Of a DNA stretch of 64,000 bases, positions 12,497 to 23,510 are shown one piece after another. Origin of the DNA: Somniosus microcephalus (taxonomy: Eukaryota); the NCBI GenBank assembly GCA_052327205.1, contig CM126219.1, positions 50,840,001 to 50,904,000 of the forward strand, in the 5' to 3' direction. Below the pieces are notes generated by a model that was not told the DNA's origin, did no database searches, and saw only the letters and a program-made list of their open reading frames with translations. The number at the start of each line of letters is the position of its first letter. Position 1 is the stretch's first letter. The position numbers and the translations under genes were made by a program.

Positions 12497-14458
12497 GGCC
12501 TAGAAATTGGGTTGGTAGCGCCGGTGCTGAGCGCCTAAAGAGACCTAGAATTGGGGCGAAGCGCTATGTTGGGGCGGACACTATGAAGATAGCGCCAACT
12601 CAGATATTGACTATACATTTAGTGCCTGCGCTAAGTGTTTGCGCGCGCCCGTGAGCGCAAGCAGCTCATGACATCATTTCAGTGTGCAACGCCTTTTAGG
12701 AGCGCCTGAGCGCATATTGGGTGGCGCCCGGAGCCTTAGCGCCCAGCACTATTAGTGACAGTTCAAGGGAGGGCTAACAGGCCCTTCTCGGAGTAGGGGG
12801 GCGCTATTTAAAGGGGACAGCTCTACTGCAGAATCTTCTGCCACTTGGCCTGCTCATTGCGATCGCTGCTAGAGAGAGTTGGTGAGCTAATGTGGAGCGG
12901 AGTTCTGGGATTTGAGCTTTACGGTACTTGGGACCTTCAACCCTGTCCGAAGCACTTGCACCACTACACCTAAAAGCCTTTTGACCAACTGGCATCGGAA
13001 TGGGAGCTTGTTTGGAGGGCGACAGACCTCATCTGCACTCTGTGCAGCAGTCATGATGACCTGCCTTGCCCTGCAGGGAGACGGTGGCCGAACTTGCCTT
13101 TCCCCCCCTGCGTTGCTCCATGCCGCTTGGTCCGGCAACTGGTTCATCCTCAGAGCCACCCCCCCTCCCCTCCAGGGGACTACTTTCCCCAGTCTGCAGA
13201 TGGCTCCGCTCCCCGGATTCTGCAACGGCTGGTCCGGATTCCTCCTGGTCCTCGCCTCCGGTGGCACTGGCACTGGCAGCTTCAGCGCGTTGAGCCCGAG
13301 TTGGTGCTGCTTCATCTGAAAGTGGGAGGTGGAAGAGTGGCTTTAGCAAAAGGACAGGTTTGCTGAAAGGCATGCCAGATTGCGGCAAGGCTCTGACATG
13401 GCTGCACACTGAGGATGCATGCTGGCGGGGGGACCAAGTGGAAGGCAACAGGTGGAAAAGGCGAGAGTCTTACCCTCGCTGTCGGTAATGGGGTCGGCAG
13501 ATGCAGTGGTCACTGGACCAGACAGACGTCCTCCAAGTATCTGGTGCACTCTCTCCTCCAGATCCGTGAGAGTGACCACATGTGCAGGTCCGCCACCGGT
13601 TCGACGCTGCTCCTTTCTAATCTGTGCCATCTTGGACTGCAGGGGAAAGAAGGGGATGTTCTGTTACATGAGGCCTTGAGACCTCATCACATGCCCCCCA
13701 TGGTGCAAGAGCCCTTACATGAGGCCTTGAGACATCTGTCCATGTGTGTGGCCAGAAAGGGCCATGGGTGCATACTGACAGATGGCCATTGGCGCATCAT
13801 TGCAGCAGGGTGCCCGAAGTCAGCTGCAGATGGAGGGAAGCACAAGTTTGGTAAACCATCACTCACCCTAACGATCCGTGTGAGGTCGTTGAATTTCTTC
13901 CTGCACTGAACAGGGGTCCTGATCGCCATGCTGCTGGAATTCACCCTCACAGCAACCTCCCTCCAAGATCGTTGATAAGCCTTCTGATTTGGCCTCTTGC
14001 CATTATCCGGATACAGGACTTCTCGATGGTGTTCAACTGCAGCCACCAAGTGGTCCAGAGCCTCAGTGCTGAAGCGCTCTGCTTTCTGCCTACCCTTCTC
14101 CATAATGCACAAGTTTCTAACGCCAGACAAGGGCGAGCACCAAATCTAAGGCCTTCAGGGCGTTGGGTGTTTAACAGTCTGACTGACCCGCCCCTTTAAG
14201 AGCGGGCCGGCGCCTGTAGGTCTCGTGCTTTCCCGTAATTGAGTTCACCTGCGCTGCGCCCGTCCGCATCGATATTGAGTAGCGCCTGACCTTTTGCGCC
14301 TTAAGAGCACCGTGCAACGGCTGATTTAGTGCCTCAATCCCCTTTGGGGGCGATGCAACCCAATATCGCGCCAGGCGGCGATAAGTTTCGTCTGGCTATA
14401 AACTTAGCGCATCGCCAGTTCTAACGCCTCAAGCGGGGCTATACCCAATTTCTAGGCC
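12497..14458 (-). mobile_element. Non-autonomous PIF/Harbinger transposon carrying only the Myb/SANT gene
   Basis: Perfect 16-bp TIR GGCCTAGAAATTGGGT / ACCCAATTTCTAGGCC, flanks aaa/ata, subterminal (T)AGCGCC repeats and an internal Myb/SANT exon. Confidence 0.85.
13029..14103 (-). CDS. Spliced Harbinger Myb/SANT-like DNA-binding protein (NAIF1/MSANTD-like). Exons 14103-13867, 13636-13474, 13315-13029; ~228 aa
   Basis: RFSTEALDHLV...WREVAVRVNS...RTPVQCRKKFNDL. Donor agg|GTGAGT, acceptor tttcccctgcAG, exon 2 with RRTGGG, donor g|GTAAGA, acceptor cactttcAG. Intron phases 0 and 1 are compatible. Confidence 0.75.
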
Positions 14459-15024
14459 ATATTGTCTTGTGTATAAAAAAAAGTAATTGATATTACTGTT
14501 TGTATCTGAGTTAATTGACACATGGCCAATTACTAACTGAATAGCTCAGCGGGTAGACATGATGCTCAGTCCACAAGACCAGGAAGGGCCCAAATTCAAT
14601 TCTTAATATGTGCTCAGTTAGCTATCTTAGCCAGCTTAGGAGTGAAGCATTACTCATTAAATCAGTCCTTAGCTAGGATAGGGAAAAATAGTCGCGATAT
14701 CCAGTGCTGATCACTAACGAATGGATGCTGCAGGAATGACCATTACTCAGCTGAGTAAAGAATCAGGCTCAACTGTGATGCTGCCCACAGTAAAATTGCC
14801 TGTCTGCATTATACATGGAAAATGGTCAATTGGATTAACAACCAGAACACTGTTGGTGCATGTAGAACTGGGCTGTAGACACGTAGCATGTAGGCACGAG
14901 CCACTGCCTTCAAGAGGGGAGGGGACAAAGGGTGATTAAAAAAGATTAATTACTTCCATCATCCTAAATCCATATCTGTGAGCTAGTTATATCCCTGACT
15001 AAAATCTTAGACTCCTTACTTTAA

Positions 15025-15155
15025 TGCCAAAGGTATTAAGGGATATGGAGCAAAGGCTGGTATATGGAGTTAGGTCATAGATCAGGCATGATCTCATTGA
15101 ATGGCAGAACATGCTCGAGGGGCTAAATGGACTTCTCCTGATCTTCTGCTCCTAT
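15025..15155 (+). repeat. CR1 LINE 3' tail fragment
   Basis: aaaggtattaagggatatggagcaaaggctgg...ctcgaggggctaaatgg matches the CR1 3' end (KGIKGYGEKAG) seen at 15773. Confidence 0.7.
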
Positions 15156-15688
15156 TTTTTTATAAATGCTCACAATTTGAAGAAAGTAAGCGTTACTTGT
15201 TTTTTTTTTGTAATTTGTATCCAGTCCAGAACAATGAAATAAAGTTTTAGGTTAGAAGAGTTCTAAGTGAAATATGTAAGGGTGTCTCATCTTGACAGGA
15301 TGGCAACACTCAAGGATAGCTGGGGTAGGAAGTAAAATATACCATATAGATGAAGTACTGGTGGTCTTCTGAAATTTGGGTTAACGTACATTGTTAGGAC
15401 AGAGTGAGGGAGCTTTTCCCCATGTACTATACATGACCTGAGATTGCTTAATGCTGGCAAGTGCAAAATTTATATTTTTTTAAATGCTCTATTCTCCAGC
15501 ATTAACATCCGTTATCTTGATAAATGCAAAAATTCACAAAAAAGTATATTTTCCTCATCTCTACGTACTATTCCTGCTTCCAAACCTCTGCCAGCACAGT
15601 TCTTGGCTAAGCACTAGGAGGTGCACAACAGGCAGGATGACACGATCAGCTCCCCGACCTTCTCTGGAGCCTGATTTCCCACTTCAAA

Positions 15689-17393
15689 GATAGAAGATAG
15701 GAGCAGGAGTAGGCCATTCAGCCCCTCGAGCCCGCTCCGCCATTTAATGAGATCATGGCTGATCATCCAAATTCAGTACCCTGTCCCTGCTTTCTCCCCA
15801 TATCCCTTGATCCCTTTAGCCTCAAGAAATATATCCAACTCCTTCTTCAATATATTTAATGAATTGGCCTCAACTGCCCTGTGTGGCAGAGAATTCCACA
15901 GGTTCACCACTCTCTGGGTGAAGAAATTCCTCCTCATCTCAGTCCTAAATGGCTTACCCCTTATCCTTAGACTGTGACCCCTGGTTCTGGACTCCACCAC
16001 CATCGGGAACATCCTTCCTGCATCTAGTCTGTTTAGTCCTGTTAGAATTTTATAAGTTTCAATGAGATCCCCTCCCATTCTTCTAAACTCTAGCGAATAT
16101 AAGCCTAATCGACCCAATCTCTCGTCATACGTCGTTCCTGCCATCCCAGGTATCAGTCTGGTGAATCTTCACTGCACTCTCTCCATGGCAAGTGCATCCC
16201 TCCTCAGATAAGGCAACCAAAACTGCACACAATACTCAAGGTGTGGTCTCACCAAGGCCCTGTACAACTGCAGCACGACTTCCTTGCTCCTGTACCCAAA
16301 TCCTCTCGCTATGAAGGCCAACATACCATTTGCCTGCTGCACCTGCATGCTTACCTTCAGCGACTGGTGCACAAGGACACCCAGGTCTCGTTGCACTTCC
16401 CCTTTTCCCAATCTATTGCCGTTCAGATAATAATCTGTCTTCCTGTTTTTGCCACCGAAGTGGATAACCTCGCATTTATCCACATTATACTGCATTTGCC
16501 ATGCATCTGCCCAATCACCCAACCTGTCCAAATCATGCTGAAGTTTCTCTGCATCCTCCTCACAGCACATACACCCACCCAGCTTTGTGTCATCTGCAAA
16601 CTTGGAGATATTACATCTAGTTCCCTCGTCTAGATCATTTATATATATTGTGAATAGCTGGGGTCCTAGCACCGATCCCTGTGGTATCCCACTAGTCACT
16701 GCCTGCCACTCGGAAAAAGACGCGTTTATTCCAATTCTTTGCTTCCTGTCTGCCAACCAGTTCTCTATCCAAGACAGTACCTTACCCCAATCCCATGTGC
16801 TTTAACTTTACACGCTAATCTCTTATGCGGGACCTTATCGAAAGCCTTCTGAAAGTCCAAATACACCACATCCACTGGTTCTCCCTTATCTATTCTACCA
16901 GTTACATCCTCAATCAATTCCAGTAGATTAGTCAAGCATGATTTACCTTTTGTAAATCCATGTTGACTTTGTCCGATCCTGTCACTGTTTTCCAAGTGTG
17001 CTGCTGTTACATCTTTTATAATGGACTCTAGCATTTTCCCCACTACTGATGTCAGGCTTACCGGTCTATAATCCCCCGTTTTCTCTCTACCACCCTTCTT
17101 AAATAGTGGGGTTACATTAGCTTTCCTCCAATTCATGGGAACTGTTCCAGAGTCTATAGAATTTTGGAAGATGACCAGCAATGCATCTACTATTTCTAGG
17201 GCCACTTCCTTAAGTACCCTAGGATGTAGATTATCAGGCCCTGGGGATTTATCGGCCCGTCAATTTCCCTAACGCCATTTCCCTACAAATACTGATTTCA
17301 TTCAATTCCTTCCTCTCATTAGGCCCTATGTTCCCCGACATCTCTGGGAGGTTATTTTTGCCCTCCTTTGTGAAGACAGAACCAAAGTATGTA
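15689..17393 (-). mobile_element. CR1 LINE, 5'-truncated, frameshifted RT region
   Basis: ORFs 16765-17205, 16169-16756 and 15773-16144 give [35 protein letters not shown] and LEYCVQFW. The CR1 3' UTR is at 15689. Confidence 0.93.
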
Positions 17394-17516
17394 TACACCT
17401 TCGCCAGCCAGGAAACCAAGATGAGGAACACACTATGGGAGGAATTGTGGACGTGAAATGGAGTCCCAGCATTTTATAACTACTCCAATTTGTTGCCATT
17501 ATAATACCAATATATT

Positions 17517-18274
17517 GGCCCATATTTCCCAATTGCAGGCCTCCCGCGGGCGGAGGCCTGTGATCTGGAAAAATCTGCGTCCTTACCTGAGGGCTCCCGG
17601 GACGCGCACGCTTCCGTGCCTGGGCCTCACCAAACTTGAAGTGCGCAGGGCCCACGTATCCCAGAGGCGCATGAAGTTTGCAGCGTCCCTGGGATCACAT
17701 GGGCCATGGGGAGCCAATCACTGAAGGGAATCTCCCTTCATACATTTGACAGGAAGACCTGTCAAATATATGAATGGAGATCAATGAAAAAACATAGTAA
17801 AACTTTAAATACGTTTTTTTTAAATCACATTTTTAAAATGACTTGAAATTACAATAAATTAAGTATTTTAAACAAAAATTTAATTTTTTGAAAAAAATAA
17901 TTAATGTTTTTTACGGGGCTAAAAATAAACTTACCTTTTTTAAAGTATTTTTAAATGATAAATCAGTGGGAAAAAATTGTTTTTTTTACCTTTTTCAACT
18001 CTTATCCTGGTAAAAGCAGGCCTTATGCCTGCTTTTACCAGGCATAAGAATTGTAAGGGTTTTATGTGGGCGGAGGGGCTCCAAAAAGCGGAACTATCCA
18101 CCCGCAGAGGCCCTTCTCCAGGGCAGCCAGAGGATCTGTCAGGCGCTTTCTTGACAGATCGGAAATGCCGGTTTCCAGCGCATGCGCAATGCATGCCTGA
18201 AACCGGCATTTCCGATGTCCCTACGGGTGGGTACACAGCGCGTACTCCCCTGTAGGGATCGGAATATCTGGGCC
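17517..18274. mobile_element. Harbinger-type MITE (same family as 54258-55012)
   Basis: Imperfect TIR GGCCCATATTTCC / GGAATATCTGGGCC, GC-rich ends and AT-rich core. Blocks shared with the second copy include gggatcac.tgggccatggggg.agccaatca and ggggctaaaaataaacttacct. Confidence 0.8.
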
Positions 18275-18669
18275 ATAATGTATTTTTTAATTAATCAAGT
18301 CTCTGGAACTTAAAATTAATCTTTAATTTTATTTGATGAATTTATTTTCTGTGAGAGCGATTCAATAATGTGCCAAATCACCATGAGAATGATCCCTGGT
18401 GGTTGGCTTACATACATACTGAGTATTCAACACAACTGACTTGACTGCCCAGCCCTTCCCATTTAAAATTACTCCTGCAAAGAGCTGCTTGTGTGAGGCC
18501 TCAATTTATTTGACCTAAGGGCTTGCCAGTTTTGAGATTACTATGAGTCTCCCTCCCTTTTGCTCAATATCATCACTTGTTTAATCTGAACAGTAGGGAA
18601 GATGGCCATCTACTAAGTAGGTTGAAACTAGGATATTTCTAGAAGCACAGGAGAGCCATAGTGCTCCCA

Positions 18670-19125
18670 GAATGCCATCCAATCCCATATTAAATCCCGC
18701 TAACCTATCATGCCAATCCTTGATGGCCACCAGAACCAAGTACATTAACTTCAAAATCCTTGTTGTTTTCAAATCCTCTTATGGTCTCATTCCAACCTAC
18801 CTTTGCAACATCCTTGAATCCTACATCCCTGTCTGCACCCTTGGCTTTTTCAATGCTGTTTTCCTGAATTTTTCTACCACACCCCGCAACCCCCTACCCC
18901 CATTAGTGGCGAAGACTGCAGGTGTCTTGCCTGCACATTCTGGAATTACCTTCCTCAACACCTTCATCTTGTAATAACTCTTCCTACCTTCAATGTCATT
19001 CTGTAAAGATGCTGTTGAATAGCTAACTTTGGTCACCTTTTCAGGGTCCCCTCCTGATGCCCAACTATGAGGCATCTTGGGACAGTTCACTACAATAAAG
19101 GTGCTATATAAATGCAAGCTGATGT
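18670..19125 (+). mobile_element. L2 LINE 3' fragment (degraded)
   Basis: Translation YINFKILVVFKSSYGLIPTYL (L2 C-terminal motif) and tail aaaggtgctatataaatgcaag. Confidence 0.65.
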
Positions 19126-20241
19126 TGGTTCTGTGGTCAAGACCATATAACAATTGGGTCACTTAATAGGGGTTAGGAATATATACCTTAAGGACTGTCT
19201 TTAGGGAACCCACCCTGTACTTCCAAAAACTTTGTTCCATCAGGTTCCCCAATATGCAGTATGGTAAGATCCCTTCCATTTTGCCATCATATTGCCAACA
19301 GTTAGATGTTAATGAGATTCATAGACGCTTCAGCCTGCTAGAGGTTATATAAAACCTCTCAGATTTTTAGTGGAATCACCTGTAGCTTTGTATTACACCC
19401 AGCTTTCTTTAACCTCCCTCTGTATGTGAATCAATAGCTAAATCTATTTCCATCCTCGTGTTGAACAGCCAAACAGGCATAGATGCCCAGGAGATGTTAT
19501 CTGATCTTCAATAAAGTGATAGCACTTGATGATAAATTGGACATTGCACTTGTTCACCACTAGAAAGCTTCCTAATTTAGAAAGATGACTTTTATGAAGC
19601 TACTTTCCAAGGGTGTTATATTTATGTTGCTTGGAGCTCCATGTAATTAAAAAATTGATCTCGACCTAGGGTTTGGCAGCTTCTAAGATGTGCATTGGAT
19701 ACAGAAATCTCCCAGATAGAATATTTCTGCTGAATTCCACTTTTAATGATAAATGTATTGTTTGGTCTAGAGTACCAATTGGAGAATTTTTTGCACTGCC
19801 CAGAAGACACCACACAATATCAACATTTTCTTCTTCCATGCTTTTATTTTCAGCTTTGACATCCCCACCTTGATAAGCAGTGAAAATAAGCACCAAATAT
19901 TTCTTCTATTCTTCATACACAAACACAAATGAGGCTTAAAGGCAGTGGACCATTGAAAAGCAGTTGGCAGAGCGAATAGACTATTTTATCAAAGAAAGGT
20001 AAGCATATTCCACCAGTAGAGGCAACCCGATATTTAAAGTGGTGTATGCTACGCTTTGAGCTACACATAGAATCTCTCCTCTCTGCAGCTACATTTTCAA
20101 GCACTGATTTATAGGATTAGTTCCAAATCACTTAATTTGTAAAGATCTAGAGAACATTTTATACTAGGTTAGTTCATTCCGTCCTCGGGCTTGGGAAAGT
20201 GCCCAGTACAGAATAAACCTGATGTGCACACAGGAACGGCT

Positions 20242-21393
20242 CTAAACTTGCCTCAATCTATGGTTCAACAGCTTTCCAGATTTAACAATCCTCTCACCAA
20301 GGGTCCAGCTGGAGGGATTGCAATATACAAACACCTCTGCATTTTCATGAGGTGCCCACAATGCCACATGCGTGCAGTCAATGGCACCCTGAACCATGGG
20401 GGAGCCCGCTATCCTAGCGGAGCCACATGCGCGTTCACGCTGTTTGTCCTGGGTCATGGGGAAAGATATGTACTCCCTTCTCCTTTTGTAGAGAGCATTT
20501 GTGACCTCCAAGATGCAGCAGTGGACAGCGAACTAGGAGATATTCGCTATGTCCCCAGCTGAAGCCTGGAAGGAGCCGCTGGCATAGAAATTCAGAGCCA
20601 CCATCACTTTCACTGCCACCGACAGAGGCGTCCTGGTCCTGAGCTGAGGCTGGAGCTCTGGCTGCAGGAGGTGGCAGAGCTCAGTGACCAGCTCCTTGCT
20701 GAAGTGCAGCCTTCTGAAACACTGCTCCTCAGACAAATGAATGTAGGAGAATTGCTCCCGGAATACCCTGGGTGGGTAAGGTCTCCTGTGCAGATGCCTG
20801 TTGGCCCTACTCCCTCTGGCCATGTTTGCCACTCTCTCTCTGCGCCTCTGCTGCCTCCAAAGGTGAAGCTGGAGGATGACGCCCTGAGTTAGTACAGCCC
20901 CCATTTAATCTTGTAAATATGGTAAATATAAAGCTCAGAGAAATAGGAACCTGAAAAATGTTGCTCAGGAACAAAACTCCTTGTAGGACAGCGTTAAATG
21001 CCTCCAGACGTGTCTCTCCCTCTCTCAACCACCGTATGCCAAATATTTTGCCGACAGGAAAAAGCAGGAAGTGCACACCTTTAAATAGTGCTCCCCCAGC
21101 TCCCAGCTGCAAAACACCCCCCTCTACCTGTCGTTCCTAGTGGCAGGCGTTAAGGCAGGGGGCGAGAATCAATTTCCGGTCTGGGGCAGTACCGGGGCAT
21201 TGGTACGCTTGGATGATGTCACGATCTCTGGGTGCAGGAGATCGTGGTGGTAGTGTTTAGCGCCACCACAAAGCACCAGGTCAATTTCGTGGGCGGCGCT
21301 AAAATCGCCTCGCTCGGGTGGTAAGTCGTTAGCGCCCCATTAGCGCCCCCAAAGGCGCTAACGGGAGGCGCTAACCAACCCAATCTTTCCCCC
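20242..21393 (-). mobile_element. Truncated Harbinger element: one TIR plus the 5' half of a HARBI1-like DDE transposase pseudogene
   Basis: ORFs 20533-20904 and 20242-20511 give FRRLHFSKE..LC, MVALNFYASGSFQ..GD and VQGAIDCTHV. The terminus is GGGGGAAAGATTGGGTTGGTTAGCGCC, and TATTTAAAG lies upstream of the ORF. Confidence 0.85.
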
Positions 21394-22074
21394 TTTATGC
21401 TTCCAATGAGACCACAATCACAGGAATCTCACTTTCCTGCAGCATACACAGGAATCTCTCATCGTCCAGACAGAAACGACCTTTAGCAACGGTGCCAGTT
21501 TGGAAAGGCAGGAGTTGTTGTTACCTGGATGCTGTATGTACTTAGATGGCTGTCACAGGAACCATAGGAATGAGTTCCATAAATGCATTAGTCTGGCCAA
21601 CTGGGACAGTGCCAAGGAAAGATTAAAGCACTCCCTATGCTTAACGGTTCTTCTGCAAAAGAATTTTAACAGTTACTGAAGTGCTGAATAAACAATAATC
21701 ACAATGTGAACAGAAGATTTAACTAATTACCTGTGATTAATTGAGATATTATACTCTACCTCAATATGCTGTTTCAATTTATATTGCAGGCATTATTTAT
21801 AAAGTCACTGTCCAATCGCAGGATAATTTGTTGCAGCAAAGTTAACCTTTAGACTGCTGTTGTGTTATGGGGAACTTCAACCTCGGGTTGCCTCTACTGG
21901 TGGAATATGTTTATTTTAATGGTTTTCAGTCCACACAATGTGATCTGAAGCAAACTCTATTATTATTGTAGTAAATCTACTCAAAGGTCAGGAGCTGCTT
22001 TATTACTGGAATATTAACCCTGTGCAACTAAAACAGACAGGCAACTGATCTACATTGTCTCCAGGTTCCCCCCA

Positions 22075-22420
22075 ACATTTCCAATTTAAAATTCTCATCC
22101 TCATGTTTAAATCTCTCCAGCAGTACCCATCCACCCACCCCCCACACCCCCACTCCCCCCAAACACTATTCCTCCATCTCCAGCCTCTTGTGCATGCCCA
22201 CCATTGCTGCCGTTAGTCACCCGGGCCTGATGCTCTGGAATTCTTTCCCTCAATCTCTCTTTTTCCCTCTCCTCCTTTAAGACCCTCCATATATCAGACC
22301 AAGCTTTCTATCACCCTTCTGAATATCTCCTTCTTTGGATCAGAGCGCATTTTTTTTTGACTATGCCTCTATGAAGTACCTTGGGACATTTTTCTACGTT
22401 AAAGGGCTATACAATACGTT
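22075..22420 (+). repeat. L2 LINE 3' fragment (degraded)
   Basis: tttaaaattctcatcctcatgtttaaatctctcc (FKILILMFKSL) and tail cttgggacatttttctacgttaaagg. Confidence 0.55.
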
Positions 22421-23510
22421 GTGTTGCTCGGGTAAAAATAAACACATGGCATCTGCTAATCCTACCCTCCCTACTCTCCTGTTACTCCCTCGTCTCCCAA
22501 TTACCTTTTCCCACTTCCTCTGAAATTCCAACATCCATTGGAGAGGAGAACAAACTTGGATTTTGAATGGCTAAAAAATGGCTCTAAAGACCTTTTCAAA
22601 AACCAAAAGTCATCGCCATATCAGAATAATCCATGATATGCTAAGGGTTAAAAACAATAATTTGCTGCAGTAAAATCGTGCAATCATCCTACTTAACATC
22701 AGGGCTAGGATAGTGTTAGCAGCGCAGTGCTTCTATGATTAACAGTTCCCATTGCACATCACTATCAGGCTTGCTAACAATGACAGTGAGAATAAATGCC
22801 ATGTAGCACCAGCGATGTTACATCAAAGGTAGCTTTTCACTGTCTAAAAGGCCCTCATTGTTATTCACTTGTGCAGTGTTTGCAGGGCTTTTACACTCGC
22901 AGAAAGAATAATTCTAACGAACTGCCAGCACTGCTCCAACCTACAAAGAATACAAAATCACCAAACTAATTGATTCACAACATTATAAAGCACAAAAGCA
23001 ACGCTCAAGTAGTTTAGAGGCATTAATTTGACTTTATAATAAATGACAGTCTCATTACTCACTCCCCACCATCTTTTCAGTAATATATAAAATGGTTGAG
23101 AATGCAATAAGAGTTAAAATAATGTTGTATTGACCTTGAACAAAGCCTATGAAAGACATTGGCATCAGGAAAAGCAGGAATGTGCAATCATTTTTGCAGT
23201 TGGGAAGCAAACTCACAGGGCTATCAAGATCATAGTATACTGTTGTGTCTGTGTGTTGATAGAGACACTGAAGACAGGAGTTGGTTTCATAGGTGTTTAC
23301 TAAACAAAGTCTGGAGGGGAACTAATGGATACAACACAATATACAGGCTTATATAGCCCGAGTGGCCATTACCGGAATTACAGTACACATGGGGCTATTA
23401 AAGGCACATACACTACAATTCCTCCCCTTTTAGCTAACCAGTACATAATATTTTAAGTAATTATTAATTACATGTTATAAGCAAAATAATATACACATTG
23501 CTGCAGTTAA

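Noticed and set aside
14540-14930. Ancient SINE-like segment (similar trace at ~5750-5940)
   Set aside because: Only weak A/B-box resemblance, and the family cannot be assigned by eye.
19300-20110. Possible ancient hAT transposase remnant (LPFFDKIVYSL)
   Set aside because: A single weak motif, with no TIR or catalytic residues found.
20242-20904. Host HARBI1 gene
   Set aside because: Stop-interrupted, truncated and next to a TIR, so it is a transposon remnant rather than the domesticated gene.
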